From Patescibacteria group bacterium (GTDB lineage: Bacteria > Patescibacteriota > Microgenomatia > Levybacterales > UBA12049), in the NCBI GenBank assembly GCA_035510535.1, contig DATKGY010000046.1, positions 1 through 50,071 on the forward strand: 50,071 nucleotides of DNA, read 5' to 3'. Positions 8,641 through 16,227 of this stretch are shown piece by piece; positions within the stretch are counted from its first letter, which is position 1, and each line of letters starts with the position of its first letter. A program made the translations under genes and the position numbers. The notes under the pieces were generated by a model, which did not search any database, was not told where the DNA came from, and was given only the letters and a program-made list of their open reading frames with translations.

Positions 8641-8874
8641 TTAAAACTTAAATTGTTTTTTTCTTGACTTAAATCTTGCCTTAACAGTTCTGACTTGATC
8701 CTCTATCGCCTTAAATATACTATCAACTTCCTGGTCAGAATAGTCATAAGAACTTTTGTTTGAAAGATTTCCTAAAATCCTAATTTTCTCGAGGACTTCG
8801 TTTGTTCTCTTGAGTCCCAGTCTTTTAAAGCGATCGTTTCTTGTTTCCATTAAAAACCATTCTAGCACTTGCAT
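8641..8874 (-). CDS. Small basic protein, possible first gene of the GHKL operon
   Basis: 77-aa ORF (or 69 aa from the second Met, METRND...) ending 28 nt upstream of the ATPase start on the same strand. No recognisable domain. Confidence 0.45.
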   Translation of the reverse strand: MQVLEWFLMETRNDRFKRLGLKRTNEVLEKIRILGNLSNKSSYDYSDQEVDSIFKAIEDQVRTVKARFKSRKKQFKF

Positions 8875-8946
8875 ATAAGGATTTCAAGTATTTATATAAC
8901 TATCAATTTTACTTATATAAGGAAATGGGGTATATAATGTAATGAT

Positions 8947-9360
8947 ATGGCTAATGGCAAAAAAGGGAGACCTTTAACTTCTGCTTCTAAAAAAGAGGAG
9001 ATGGTCTCAAAAATAAAACCTTATTTACAGTCTGGTTTAAGCATCAGAAAAAGCGTAATTGAAGCTGGAATTAGTCGTGCAACCTTTTATCGCATAATGG
9101 GTGCCGACAAGAATTTTCGGAGTGAAATTACTCATTTTAGAAATTATTTATCTATACTTGTCAGTAATGCATTGGTTAAAGAGTTATTTGCAATTTCAGA
9201 GAAGCAATCCCAAGGTCAACCTTTAACAAAAGACGATATAAGATTTCTGTTTAGGCTTGTGCTTAAAACTCGTTTCGGAAAAGATGAATGGGGCAGAAAA
9301 AGAAATGCGGATTATGACCCGGAACTGGAATTACACAAACTAAGGCAGACATTTAACTAA
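8947..9360 (+). CDS. Helix-turn-helix DNA-binding protein
   Basis: 137 aa. LSIRKSVIEAGISRATFYRIM is a classic HTH segment, and the N-terminus is basic. Confidence 0.55.
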   Translation: MANGKKGRPLTSASKKEEMVSKIKPYLQSGLSIRKSVIEAGISRATFYRIMGADKNFRSEITHFRNYLSILVSNALVKELFAISEKQSQGQPLTKDDIRFLFRLVLKTRFGKDEWGRKRNADYDPELELHKLRQTFN

Positions 9361-9607
9361 ATAAATCGGACAATTTAACGCCTAGAACTCTTGCTATCTT
9401 GTCCAAGGTTGAGATTGAAGGATTCCGCACGCCTTGCTCAATAAAACCAACATACGTTTCAGATACTCCTATCATCTCTGCCATTCGTGCTTGAGTAAGG
9501 TTTTTTCTCTCCCTAAAACTTTTAATTCTTTGTCCCACATCTTTTGGAATTCTGGAATATTTTCTTTGCATAGATATATTATCAAAGGGACTATTTAAAA
9601 TCTTCAC
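9353..9607 (-). CDS. XRE/Cro-CI family transcriptional regulator
   Basis: 84 aa. RIKSFRERKNLTQARMAEMIGVSETYVGFIEQGVRNPSISTLDKIARVLGVKLSDLF is the canonical XRE HTH. Confidence 0.9.
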   Translation of the reverse strand: MKILNSPFDNISMQRKYSRIPKDVGQRIKSFRERKNLTQARMAEMIGVSETYVGFIEQGVRNPSISTLDKIARVLGVKLSDLFS

Positions 9608-9666
9608 AAACTATTTGTTTGACTTTACCCTGTAATTACGCTTATAATTTAGTCAAACTATTTGTT
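9607..9666 (+). promoter_or_regulatory. Near-consensus sigma70-type promoter flanked by two copies of a 13-bp putative operator
   Basis: TTGACT (9619-9624), an 18-nt spacer, then TATAAT (9643-9648). CAAACTATTTGTT occurs at 9607-9619 and again at 9654-9666. GTTTGAC (9617-9623) is the inverted partner of GTCAAAC (9652-9658). The region lies between the XRE gene and the divergent 9671 gene. Confidence 0.65.
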
Positions 9667-9670
9667 AGAT

Positions 9671-10270
9671 ATGAAAACTTGCAAAGCCTGCATGAAGAAA
9701 ATTGACGAAAAGGCAACAAAATGCCCCTTTTGCCGTGAAGACCAAAGAGGCTTCTTTCTGAAGCATAAGATAATAAGCGGCATTTTACTTCTTTTCCTAG
9801 TAATTATTTCGGGCATATTCTGGGTTAGTATTGCCTCTGTATTGATGCCTAAACCTAATCCAACATTAGCTCCTGAAAACAAACAATGGATTACTGACGC
9901 AGGAAAGCGGTATTACACTGCACAAAAAAATTATTACGATACGCTTGGTAAGGCTATGCATGCCTCCCCTGATGAGATGAATATAACCAAAAATATTGCT
10001 TCTGCAGAGGCGACAATGAAGCTTTGCTTATACAAACTAGATAAGCAGCATTGTGAGAATGTGATAGATGGAACTCTTTGGATTGGCGAACCCAAATTTT
10101 GGGTAGAGATGACTATTGGAGCTTATACAAGCTCCCGAAACACAACCATTGTAAGGGGAGTTACGCATGAACAATGGGTTTTTGGTAACCCGTTATACGG
10201 TGCAACATATGCCTATTTTGATAACGATGTTTTATCCTCCTACCAAGAACAAAACCCAACTGGCAATTAG
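9671..10270 (+). CDS. Zinc-ribbon / single-TM / extracytoplasmic-domain protein
   Basis: The track ORF starts at a TTG at 9662, and the ATG at 9671 (MKTCKAC...) is more likely. It has CKAC...CPFC, then the TM IISGILLLFLVIISGIFWVSIASVL and a ~130-aa outside domain. Confidence 0.6.
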   Translation: MKTCKACMKKIDEKATKCPFCREDQRGFFLKHKIISGILLLFLVIISGIFWVSIASVLMPKPNPTLAPENKQWITDAGKRYYTAQKNYYDTLGKAMHASPDEMNITKNIASAEATMKLCLYKLDKQHCENVIDGTLWIGEPKFWVEMTIGAYTSSRNTTIVRGVTHEQWVFGNPLYGATYAYFDNDVLSSYQEQNPTGN

Positions 10271-10367
10271 CTTTGAACTTAGCTTCAGTATTTAAACCCC
10301 CTTCTCGCCTATTCTACGGCGTTTTACGCTATTTAATTTTCCATAAAGGTATGTATAATTACGGCAG

Positions 10368-11225
10368 ATGAAAATTGATATTCAAACGCCTGACAAAAAA
10401 CACGCAACAGATATCGCGATGCTCGTAGATAAGCCTGAATTTCTTCTGGAAATAGAAAAGTTAAGACAAAAATGGAGTATTAAAGAACTTTACAGACCTT
10501 CTGCTTTCCATTCATTTTTAGAATTCCATATTATGACTAATAAGGATACCGTATCAATTGATAAAGAGGTGAAAAAAAGATTATCGGAATTCAATAATGA
10601 CATTGATTTGGTTCTCAAAAAATTCAATAGAGGAAGAAACTTTAAGCGAGTGGTTGAATATGCTTTAGCAACGGGTATCGTTCCCAATGGCATTTATCGT
10701 AGTTGTTATTTTGATCTAGTTAAAATTGGCGAATCTAATGATTTAGAACAGCCAGAAAGATACGAATATGTCATAGTTTTGTCTCCCAGAACAGAGCTAA
10801 AAGAAGTAAGAAATGCTTATAAGGAATTCAAGGAGCATATTAAGGGTAAGATTGACTTCGAATCTATTGCTAATCTAGACATTGAAATTCCTACGGATAA
10901 AGAGTTAATTGAACAGTATCATAGGGGAAATATTTATAAGTCTGCTGATATTGATAAATTTAAAACACTAAAAGAACTGAGTAGAACAAGAGAATGGTAT
11001 TGGATTAAATATGAAACTTATTTTAGTCACGAAACAAAAAAACCTATGTCTTACCCAGAGGTTCTTAAGAAATGGCAAGAAAATTGTCCGATAAATAAGC
11101 AAAATCAGAAGAAAAAAAGATTAGAAGACAAAACGGAATGTTCTTGCCCCTATTGTTTGTTTTATGACATCAATATTATTGAACAGGCTATCAATTCTTA
11201 CAATAAACTTCTTGTAGAATCCTGA
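10368..11225 (+). CDS. Hypothetical protein
   Basis: 285-aa ORF with a Lys/Glu-rich composition and a C-terminal CSCPYC. No recognisable domain. Confidence 0.5.
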   Translation: MKIDIQTPDKKHATDIAMLVDKPEFLLEIEKLRQKWSIKELYRPSAFHSFLEFHIMTNKDTVSIDKEVKKRLSEFNNDIDLVLKKFNRGRNFKRVVEYALATGIVPNGIYRSCYFDLVKIGESNDLEQPERYEYVIVLSPRTELKEVRNAYKEFKEHIKGKIDFESIANLDIEIPTDKELIEQYHRGNIYKSADIDKFKTLKELSRTREWYWIKYETYFSHETKKPMSYPEVLKKWQENCPINKQNQKKKRLEDKTECSCPYCLFYDINIIEQAINSYNKLLVES

Positions 11226-11284
11226 ACTTCTAAATTTTTGTAACTTCATTTTTTTCTTCCTCAAGGCAATTTAGAATAAACCCT

Positions 11285-11446
11285 ATGAAGGTAAAGATTG
11301 AAAACGATTCTGAATTGCAATGTCAAAAACAGATTGAACTTGCCGCAGAGACTTTGGCTCATATTCTAATCCAACAGGCTATGAGTAAGAGAAATCTTGT
11401 GGGCAGTCAACAGATTGAAAACAAATATGGAAAACCAAATAAATAA
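11285..11446 (+). CDS. Small hypothetical ORF (53 aa), below the track threshold
   Basis: ATG at 11285 and TAA at 11444-11446 (MKVKIENDSELQCQKQIELAAETLAHILIQQAMSKRNLVGSQQIENKYGKPNK). It overlaps the start of the next gene. This is coding-like only. Confidence 0.25.
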   Translation: MKVKIENDSELQCQKQIELAAETLAHILIQQAMSKRNLVGSQQIENKYGKPNK

Positions 11447-11678
11447 TTTTTCTACATCGGATATAAAAATTGCCTCCTATCTTCTAAGCAAGGGCATCTC
11501 GCTTATTGGAGTTGAAAGACCACAGGTTAAAAAAGTTATTTTTGTTTTCGAAAACTCCAATCGAATAACACATTTAATTCAAGATTATTTGTCAGATAAA
11601 GCCAGTGTAAATCCTAGGGTTCTGTTTGAAAGTTTTAGCAACCTAAAAAGTGTGATTTTCAAGGAAATAGGGATTTAA
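11427..11678 (+). CDS. Small hypothetical protein
   Basis: The track ORF is 11397-11678. The internal ATG at 11427 (MENQINNF...) is more plausible than the upstream start. Confidence 0.45.
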   Translation: MENQINNFSTSDIKIASYLLSKGISLIGVERPQVKKVIFVFENSNRITHLIQDYLSDKASVNPRVLFESFSNLKSVIFKEIGI

Positions 11679-11704
11679 AGACAAGTAAAAGATTGATAAT
11701 AAAT

Positions 11705-11851
11705 ATGAATCAAGAATCCATTTATAAGATTAACAAGTTTAAGATTGAGCAAATTCTGGCAGACAAAACAATTCCTCCTGGTGCCAAATTAGTTCTGCTT
11801 AATCTTCTTCGCAGAGCAGGAGGAATACCCAAAGGAGGAGGTAATCGATAA
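11705..11851 (+). CDS. Small protein (48 aa), winged-helix-like, translationally coupled to the next gene
   Basis: MNQESIYKINKFKIEQILADKTIPPGAKLVLLNLLRRAGGIPKGGGNR. Its TAA overlaps the next ATG as TAATG at 11849-11853. Confidence 0.35.
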   Translation: MNQESIYKINKFKIEQILADKTIPPGAKLVLLNLLRRAGGIPKGGGNR

Positions 11852-12591
11852 TGGGAAATAAGTATTTTGTAAAGTTTGTTGAGAGTAGCCCTGAATTCTA
11901 TTCACTTATTAATCAACGTCCAACAGCTTTTGTCTTACTTGCACTTATTGTTGATAGAGCAAGAAAGGTCCCCCTTACCATAAAAGATGGAATTGAAGTT
12001 GGGGAAGCACTAATTGGAGACTATAAAGAATATGGGGCGACAGAACAAACGTACAAAACTGATAAAAATTATTTAAAAAAGTTCGGAATTGCAACGTTCA
12101 AATCAACGAGCAAAGGAACTATTGCAAAGCTTGTTAATTCAAGCATATTTGATATTTCAAGAAATCTATCAACGGACAAATCAACAGGAGAACAACAAGC
12201 AACCAACGAGCAACCAACGACTAAACAAGAGGTAAGAAGTAAGAAAGAAGAAGCTAGCCAAGCCAAGCCAATGGAAAAAAACGCTTTTTTCCATGATAGA
12301 CACACAGAAACTCTCTTAAATGAGACTAATCAATCACTTAATGAAGATGAAGATGCACATCCTGCTTACAAGGATAACAATGCTAGCGATGATGAGAAAA
12401 GAGGGCTTTATTGGGATATACATGCTCCAAGATTAGCAGCGGAGATAGATATACAAGAGGAGTCGTGGCAATACTTAAATGCTAAAAAGGATTGGATGAA
12501 GAAAGTAAAGGTACCCTCTCATGGTTCAATAAAAGCATTTTTAAACAATGCTAATGATTGGGATGAGACAGATAAGGGTAACAGATACTGA
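11851..12591 (+). CDS. Hypothetical protein, N-terminal winged-helix-like region and acidic low-complexity C-terminal half
   Basis: 246-aa ORF. The FVLLALIVDRARK segment echoes the upstream small ORF. No catalytic motif seen. Confidence 0.5.
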   Translation: MGNKYFVKFVESSPEFYSLINQRPTAFVLLALIVDRARKVPLTIKDGIEVGEALIGDYKEYGATEQTYKTDKNYLKKFGIATFKSTSKGTIAKLVNSSIFDISRNLSTDKSTGEQQATNEQPTTKQEVRSKKEEASQAKPMEKNAFFHDRHTETLLNETNQSLNEDEDAHPAYKDNNASDDEKRGLYWDIHAPRLAAEIDIQEESWQYLNAKKDWMKKVKVPSHGSIKAFLNNANDWDETDKGNRY

Positions 12592-12669
12592 TTATCAGCT
12601 TGTGTAATAGCAGCACACAAAGTCAAGGCGTAATTAGTCTATGTATAAAGGGGAATAGTAAAAACTAAT

Positions 12670-13185
12670 ATGAATCAAAAAACGAGTAATTTACAGAAAA
12701 GAATTTTAACAACTATATATTCACAAGGTGAATATGAAGATTTAGTTTCGGTTGTGGAGTTAAATCCTGAAAAAGTTAGCGTTGAGTATCAACTTGAGAA
12801 GCAAAAGTTAGTAGATGAAAGAGGTGGCGTATTTGTTAGAGAAGATAGAGATACTGAAGGGCTTTTAACTAAAAATTATAAAGTAAAGACCTACAGGCTC
12901 AAAAGGAGTAAATTGGCCTGTTTATTGTTTGATTGGCAGGAATTCAATTTATATCTTGAATCTTTAAATGAGGCACATTTGGGAATGAAACCTGAAGACT
13001 ATTATGCTCGCGAAGTTGCACTTACTAACAGCCTAAAAAGTCTAAAGGCAAAAGGATATGTAGAGTTTCTTGATTATTACGAAATGAAGCTAGGTTTGTT
13101 TGGAAAAAAACATGCAAAAATTATATGGTTGACCACAGAAGGTATTAATAAAGCAGAAAGCATCCTAACTATTAAATTGAATTAG
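12670..13185 (+). CDS. Hypothetical protein
   Basis: 171-aa ORF. LQKRILTTIYSQGE and LKSLKAKGYVEF are reminiscent of wHTH regulators, but the resemblance is weak. Confidence 0.45.
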   Translation: MNQKTSNLQKRILTTIYSQGEYEDLVSVVELNPEKVSVEYQLEKQKLVDERGGVFVREDRDTEGLLTKNYKVKTYRLKRSKLACLLFDWQEFNLYLESLNEAHLGMKPEDYYAREVALTNSLKSLKAKGYVEFLDYYEMKLGLFGKKHAKIIWLTTEGINKAESILTIKLN

Positions 13186-13263
13186 TGGTTTTTAGATTTA
13201 ATAGTTAGAAAACAATTATGGTTATAAGAAAATACTTGAAATATTTTCAGAAGGGAAAAAATT

Positions 13264-13617
13264 ATGAAACAATTTACAATAAAAGTAACAGTACCCACTA
13301 AAGGAGATGCTTGGAAAATAAGCATAGGGAGAGGACGACCAAGAAAGAAGAAAAATGCCGTCGCAGTCTTCCGTCATGCGGAACGCTTTTTAACGCAAAA
13401 GTTTTTGACAAATTCAGCTTCAGAAGTCGAGGAAGAAATTAAAGTTTTAGTGGACTCTAGTATGGTAGACCATCTCAAGCCTATGAGTCAAACAGATTAT
13501 GGAATTTGTGCGGGGAAAAATGAAGCACTTTATTGTTTAGCTTCACACTTAGAAAATTTTCTCCCAATTCGTTATCTAAAAGCAAAGTATAAGTTGTATG
13601 ACAAAATAATGCGTTGA
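13264..13617 (+). CDS. Small protein with an AT-hook-like motif, immediately upstream of the recombinase
   Basis: 117 aa containing ISIGRGRPRKKKN (RGRP core flanked by basic residues). Confidence 0.5.
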   Translation: MKQFTIKVTVPTKGDAWKISIGRGRPRKKKNAVAVFRHAERFLTQKFLTNSASEVEEEIKVLVDSSMVDHLKPMSQTDYGICAGKNEALYCLASHLENFLPIRYLKAKYKLYDKIMR

Positions 13618-13694
13618 GGATATGATAAAGTCGCCCTTTATGCGTGAATTACATATAATTATTATGCTATAGGATTAAAGATTAAGATTGAAAT

Positions 13695-15200
13695 ATGAAT
13701 CAAGCATACACATACATAAGAGTTAGCACGGAAGAACAAAAAAATCATGGCTATAGCCCTGATAATCAAATTCGTCAATGTAAAGACTATGCTCGGATGC
13801 ACGGATACCACACAAGAAGAATGTTTGACGATAGTGGTAGAAGTGGTAGGTCGGCAGAAAAAAGACCTGCACTTCAAGAGTTGCTCAGAGCAGTTAACGA
13901 GCATCCAGTTGATGCAATCATAATCTATAAAATTGATAGGTTCGCGAGAAATGTTGGGGATTTCGACAGGATGTATAAAGATTTTAAGGCAAAGGGAATT
14001 AAGTTGCTTTCCGTAAACGAAGGAGATTTGATGGAAGGCAATAGTCTTATCCCTAATATTTTTGCTACCGTGGCTCAATGGGAGTCTGAAGTTAACTCCT
14101 CGCGAACAAAAGATGCTTTGCAACAAAAGTTTGAAGAAGGATGGCAGCCATACTCGCGTTATCCAGGTTACAGAAGTGTTGGGAAGAAAGATGAAAAGAA
14201 AACCTGTGAACCGGACCCTTATATTGCTCCAATTGTTAAAGAGTTATTTGAGCTTTACGCAACGGGAAATTACAGTATTATTGAATTGCAGGACTGGTTG
14301 GCGGAAAAGAATATCCTTTCCAGAAATGGCACAACGCTTGGTCATTCCGTTATTGACACAATTTTAAACAACCCTTTTTATTACGGACTTTGTCGCTGGC
14401 ACGGAGTAAGCAAGATGGGAAAACACAAACCGATTATTTCAAAGGAACTTTATGATACCTGCCAATACACCCTGTCAAAGCATCGCAGTTTTCTTTTACG
14501 AAGACGTATTCACGATTTTCTTCTCAGAGGTTTTTTAATCTGTGCCGAGTGCGGACAAAGATATACTGCGGAATGGCACAAAGATGCAGATAAATTGAAA
14601 AATAGAGATGGAAAAATAGCATACTACCATTGCCAAAAACGAGACAGAAACGGATGTCCTGCTCCGTATGTGCAGGTGGACGTAATGGAACAATTAGTTG
14701 AGGAAACATTTAAGACGATGGAATTTAGCGAAGAATTTACAACTGCTGTAGTTAATAAAACAAAAGAGATACTAAAAGAAGCCAGAAGAACTTCATCGTC
14801 TAGTCAACAAGGGATACTTAATCAGAAAACAGCATTAGAAACAAAAAGAAACAAACTTGAAGACAGTTTGATGGAAGGAATAGTTGACAGGGAAACCTAC
14901 AAGAGAATCCACGATAAACTACAAGAACAAATAATAAAGTTGGACAACGAAATGACAGAAACGGATAGCAAGCAGAAGATTGATATCGATTTAATTGAGG
15001 AAGTATTAGCCTTTAGCAGAAACATTCACCAAACATACATCGATGCCCCAACATACCTGAAAAGACACTATCTGAGATTCTTTTTTGAGTCTTTTGTTAT
15101 AAGAAATAAGAAGATATATAAAGTCGTGCCCACTCCTATATTCAAAATATTGGAAAATAGGCACGAAATTATAATAAGGGTGGCAGGGCTCCGCGGCTAG
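13695..15200 (+). CDS. Large serine recombinase (integrase)
   Basis: 501 aa. The resolvase catalytic domain is present (YTYIRVSTEEQ, GRSAEKRPALQELL, IIIYKIDRFARN), followed by a recombinase domain, a zinc ribbon (CAECGQ...YYHCQKRDRNGC) and a coiled-coil. The last 12 nt including the stop overlap the tRNA-Asn 3' end. Confidence 0.92.
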   Translation: MNQAYTYIRVSTEEQKNHGYSPDNQIRQCKDYARMHGYHTRRMFDDSGRSGRSAEKRPALQELLRAVNEHPVDAIIIYKIDRFARNVGDFDRMYKDFKAKGIKLLSVNEGDLMEGNSLIPNIFATVAQWESEVNSSRTKDALQQKFEEGWQPYSRYPGYRSVGKKDEKKTCEPDPYIAPIVKELFELYATGNYSIIELQDWLAEKNILSRNGTTLGHSVIDTILNNPFYYGLCRWHGVSKMGKHKPIISKELYDTCQYTLSKHRSFLLRRRIHDFLLRGFLICAECGQRYTAEWHKDADKLKNRDGKIAYYHCQKRDRNGCPAPYVQVDVMEQLVEETFKTMEFSEEFTTAVVNKTKEILKEARRTSSSSQQGILNQKTALETKRNKLEDSLMEGIVDRETYKRIHDKLQEQIIKLDNEMTETDSKQKIDIDLIEEVLAFSRNIHQTYIDAPTYLKRHYLRFFFESFVIRNKKIYKVVPTPIFKILENRHEIIIRVAGLRG

Positions 15201-15260
15201 GACTCGAACCTAGAACCTTGAAATTAACAGTTTCCTGCTCTACCATTGAGCTACCGCGGA
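15189..15260 (-). tRNA. tRNA-Asn (anticodon GTT)
   Basis: Folded by hand. Acceptor stem TCCGCGG/CCGCGGA, D-arm GCTC-AATGGTA-GAGC, anticodon arm GGAAA-CTGTTAA-TTTCA, T-arm CTAGG-TTCGAGT-CCTAG, discriminator G. CCA is not encoded. Confidence 0.9.
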
Positions 15261-15271
15261 ATGTGTATTTG

Positions 15272-15300
15272 ATTATACCTTGTAAACCAAAAATTGTAAA
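15272..15300 (-). promoter_or_regulatory. Putative promoter of tRNA-Asn
   Basis: On the minus strand: TTTACA (15295-15300), a 17-nt spacer, then TATAAT (15272-15277), ending 11 nt before the mature tRNA 5' end. Confidence 0.55.
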
Positions 15301-15366
15301 TTGAAAATTGACAATTGACAAAAAACACTTGTGTATTCTCTTATAACGGCGTACACTTAATCTAGT

Positions 15367-15816
15367 ATGGCTGAGTCAGATACTACTCAAGAAGAAATAA
15401 CAACAATTGACAATCCATCTCCTCAACAGATCGTGAGGAAAACCACAAGACAAGTTGAGCCTCAGGCAAAAGGAGAAGCGCCTCAGAAAGTATATGAAAA
15501 GAAAAGAACAATTTTCAGATTTAATCAAATTATTTGGTATATTTTGGGTTTTGTTGAAGTGCTACTGGTATTTAGAACTATCCTAAAAATGTTAGGCGCA
15601 AATCAATTTTCTGGATTTGCCAGTTTAATTTATGCCATAACTAATCCATTAGTAGTTCCTTTTAACGGTATTTTACGTATGTCCGTCACGGGTAATTCTG
15701 TAATTGAATGGTCAACGATAATTGCTGCTATTGTTTATCTTTGCATCGCCGGTGGACTAGTTTACCTTTTGGATCTTATTTACCCAATTACACCAAAAGA
15801 CGTTGAAACGCAATAG
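15367..15816 (+). CDS. YggT-family membrane protein
   Basis: 149 aa. After a hydrophilic N-terminus it shows a YggT-like pattern: IIWYILGFVEVLLVFRTILKMLGAN ... LIYAITNPLVVPFNGI. Confidence 0.65.
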   Translation: MAESDTTQEEITTIDNPSPQQIVRKTTRQVEPQAKGEAPQKVYEKKRTIFRFNQIIWYILGFVEVLLVFRTILKMLGANQFSGFASLIYAITNPLVVPFNGILRMSVTGNSVIEWSTIIAAIVYLCIAGGLVYLLDLIYPITPKDVETQ

Positions 15817-15831
15817 TAATAAGTAAAATAT

Positions 15832-16074
15832 ATGAATATAATACTTTGGATAATCTTAGGAGCAGTAGCGGGATGGATTGCGGACATGATTATGGAAAGT
15901 AGTCATGGAATGCTTGAAGACATAATTCTGGGTATTATTGGTGCATTTGTGGGAGGGTTTATCATGAATTTCTTTGGACAGCCCGGCGTGACAGGTTTTA
16001 ATATTTACAGTCTTATCGTAGCTGTAATTGGCGCAGTTGCCCTTATTTTCTTAGGACGAATTGTGCATAAATAA
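15832..16074 (+). CDS. GlsB/YeaQ/YmgE-family (transglycosylase-associated) small membrane protein
   Basis: 80 aa with ILGAVAGWIAD ... GIIGAFVGGFI ... repeated Gly-zipper helices. Confidence 0.75.
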   Translation: MNIILWIILGAVAGWIADMIMESSHGMLEDIILGIIGAFVGGFIMNFFGQPGVTGFNIYSLIVAVIGAVALIFLGRIVHK

Positions 16075-16078
16075 CAAT

Positions 16079-16225
16079 ATGGGAATTCTTGAAATCATTG
16101 CAATCATTTTAATAGTTTTGTGGTTGGGGGGATTTGTATTTCACATCGCGGGAAAATTTATCCACGTCTTGTTAATTATTGCTGTAGTTGTATTGCTACT
16201 AAGATTTATTGGGGGTGGATTTTAA
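16079..16225 (+). CDS. lmo0937-family small membrane protein (48 aa), missing from the ORF track
   Basis: MGILEIIAIILIVLWLGGFVFHIAGKFIHVLLIIAVVVLLLRFIGGGF. ATG at 16079-16081 and TAA at 16223-16225. Confidence 0.6.
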   Translation: MGILEIIAIILIVLWLGGFVFHIAGKFIHVLLIIAVVVLLLRFIGGGF

Positions 16226-16227
16226 AT

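Larger units (their letters stand above)
2662..15200. mobile_element. Integrated genomic island / integrative element at tRNA-Asn (left boundary uncertain)
   Basis: A large serine recombinase sits at the right edge and overlaps the tRNA 3' end. The cargo is methylase/vsr/defence-like genes, XRE and HTH regulators and orphan ORFs. Spot GC counts on single 60-nt lines gave 28-38% for most of the island against ~43% in the flanking core. I found no repeat of the tRNA 3' end by eye, so the left end is only approximate. Confidence 0.6.

Noticed and set aside
13662-14126. A 154-aa minus-strand ORF antisense to the recombinase N-terminus.
   Set aside because: It is entirely inside the serine-recombinase catalytic domain coding region, and it has no motifs.
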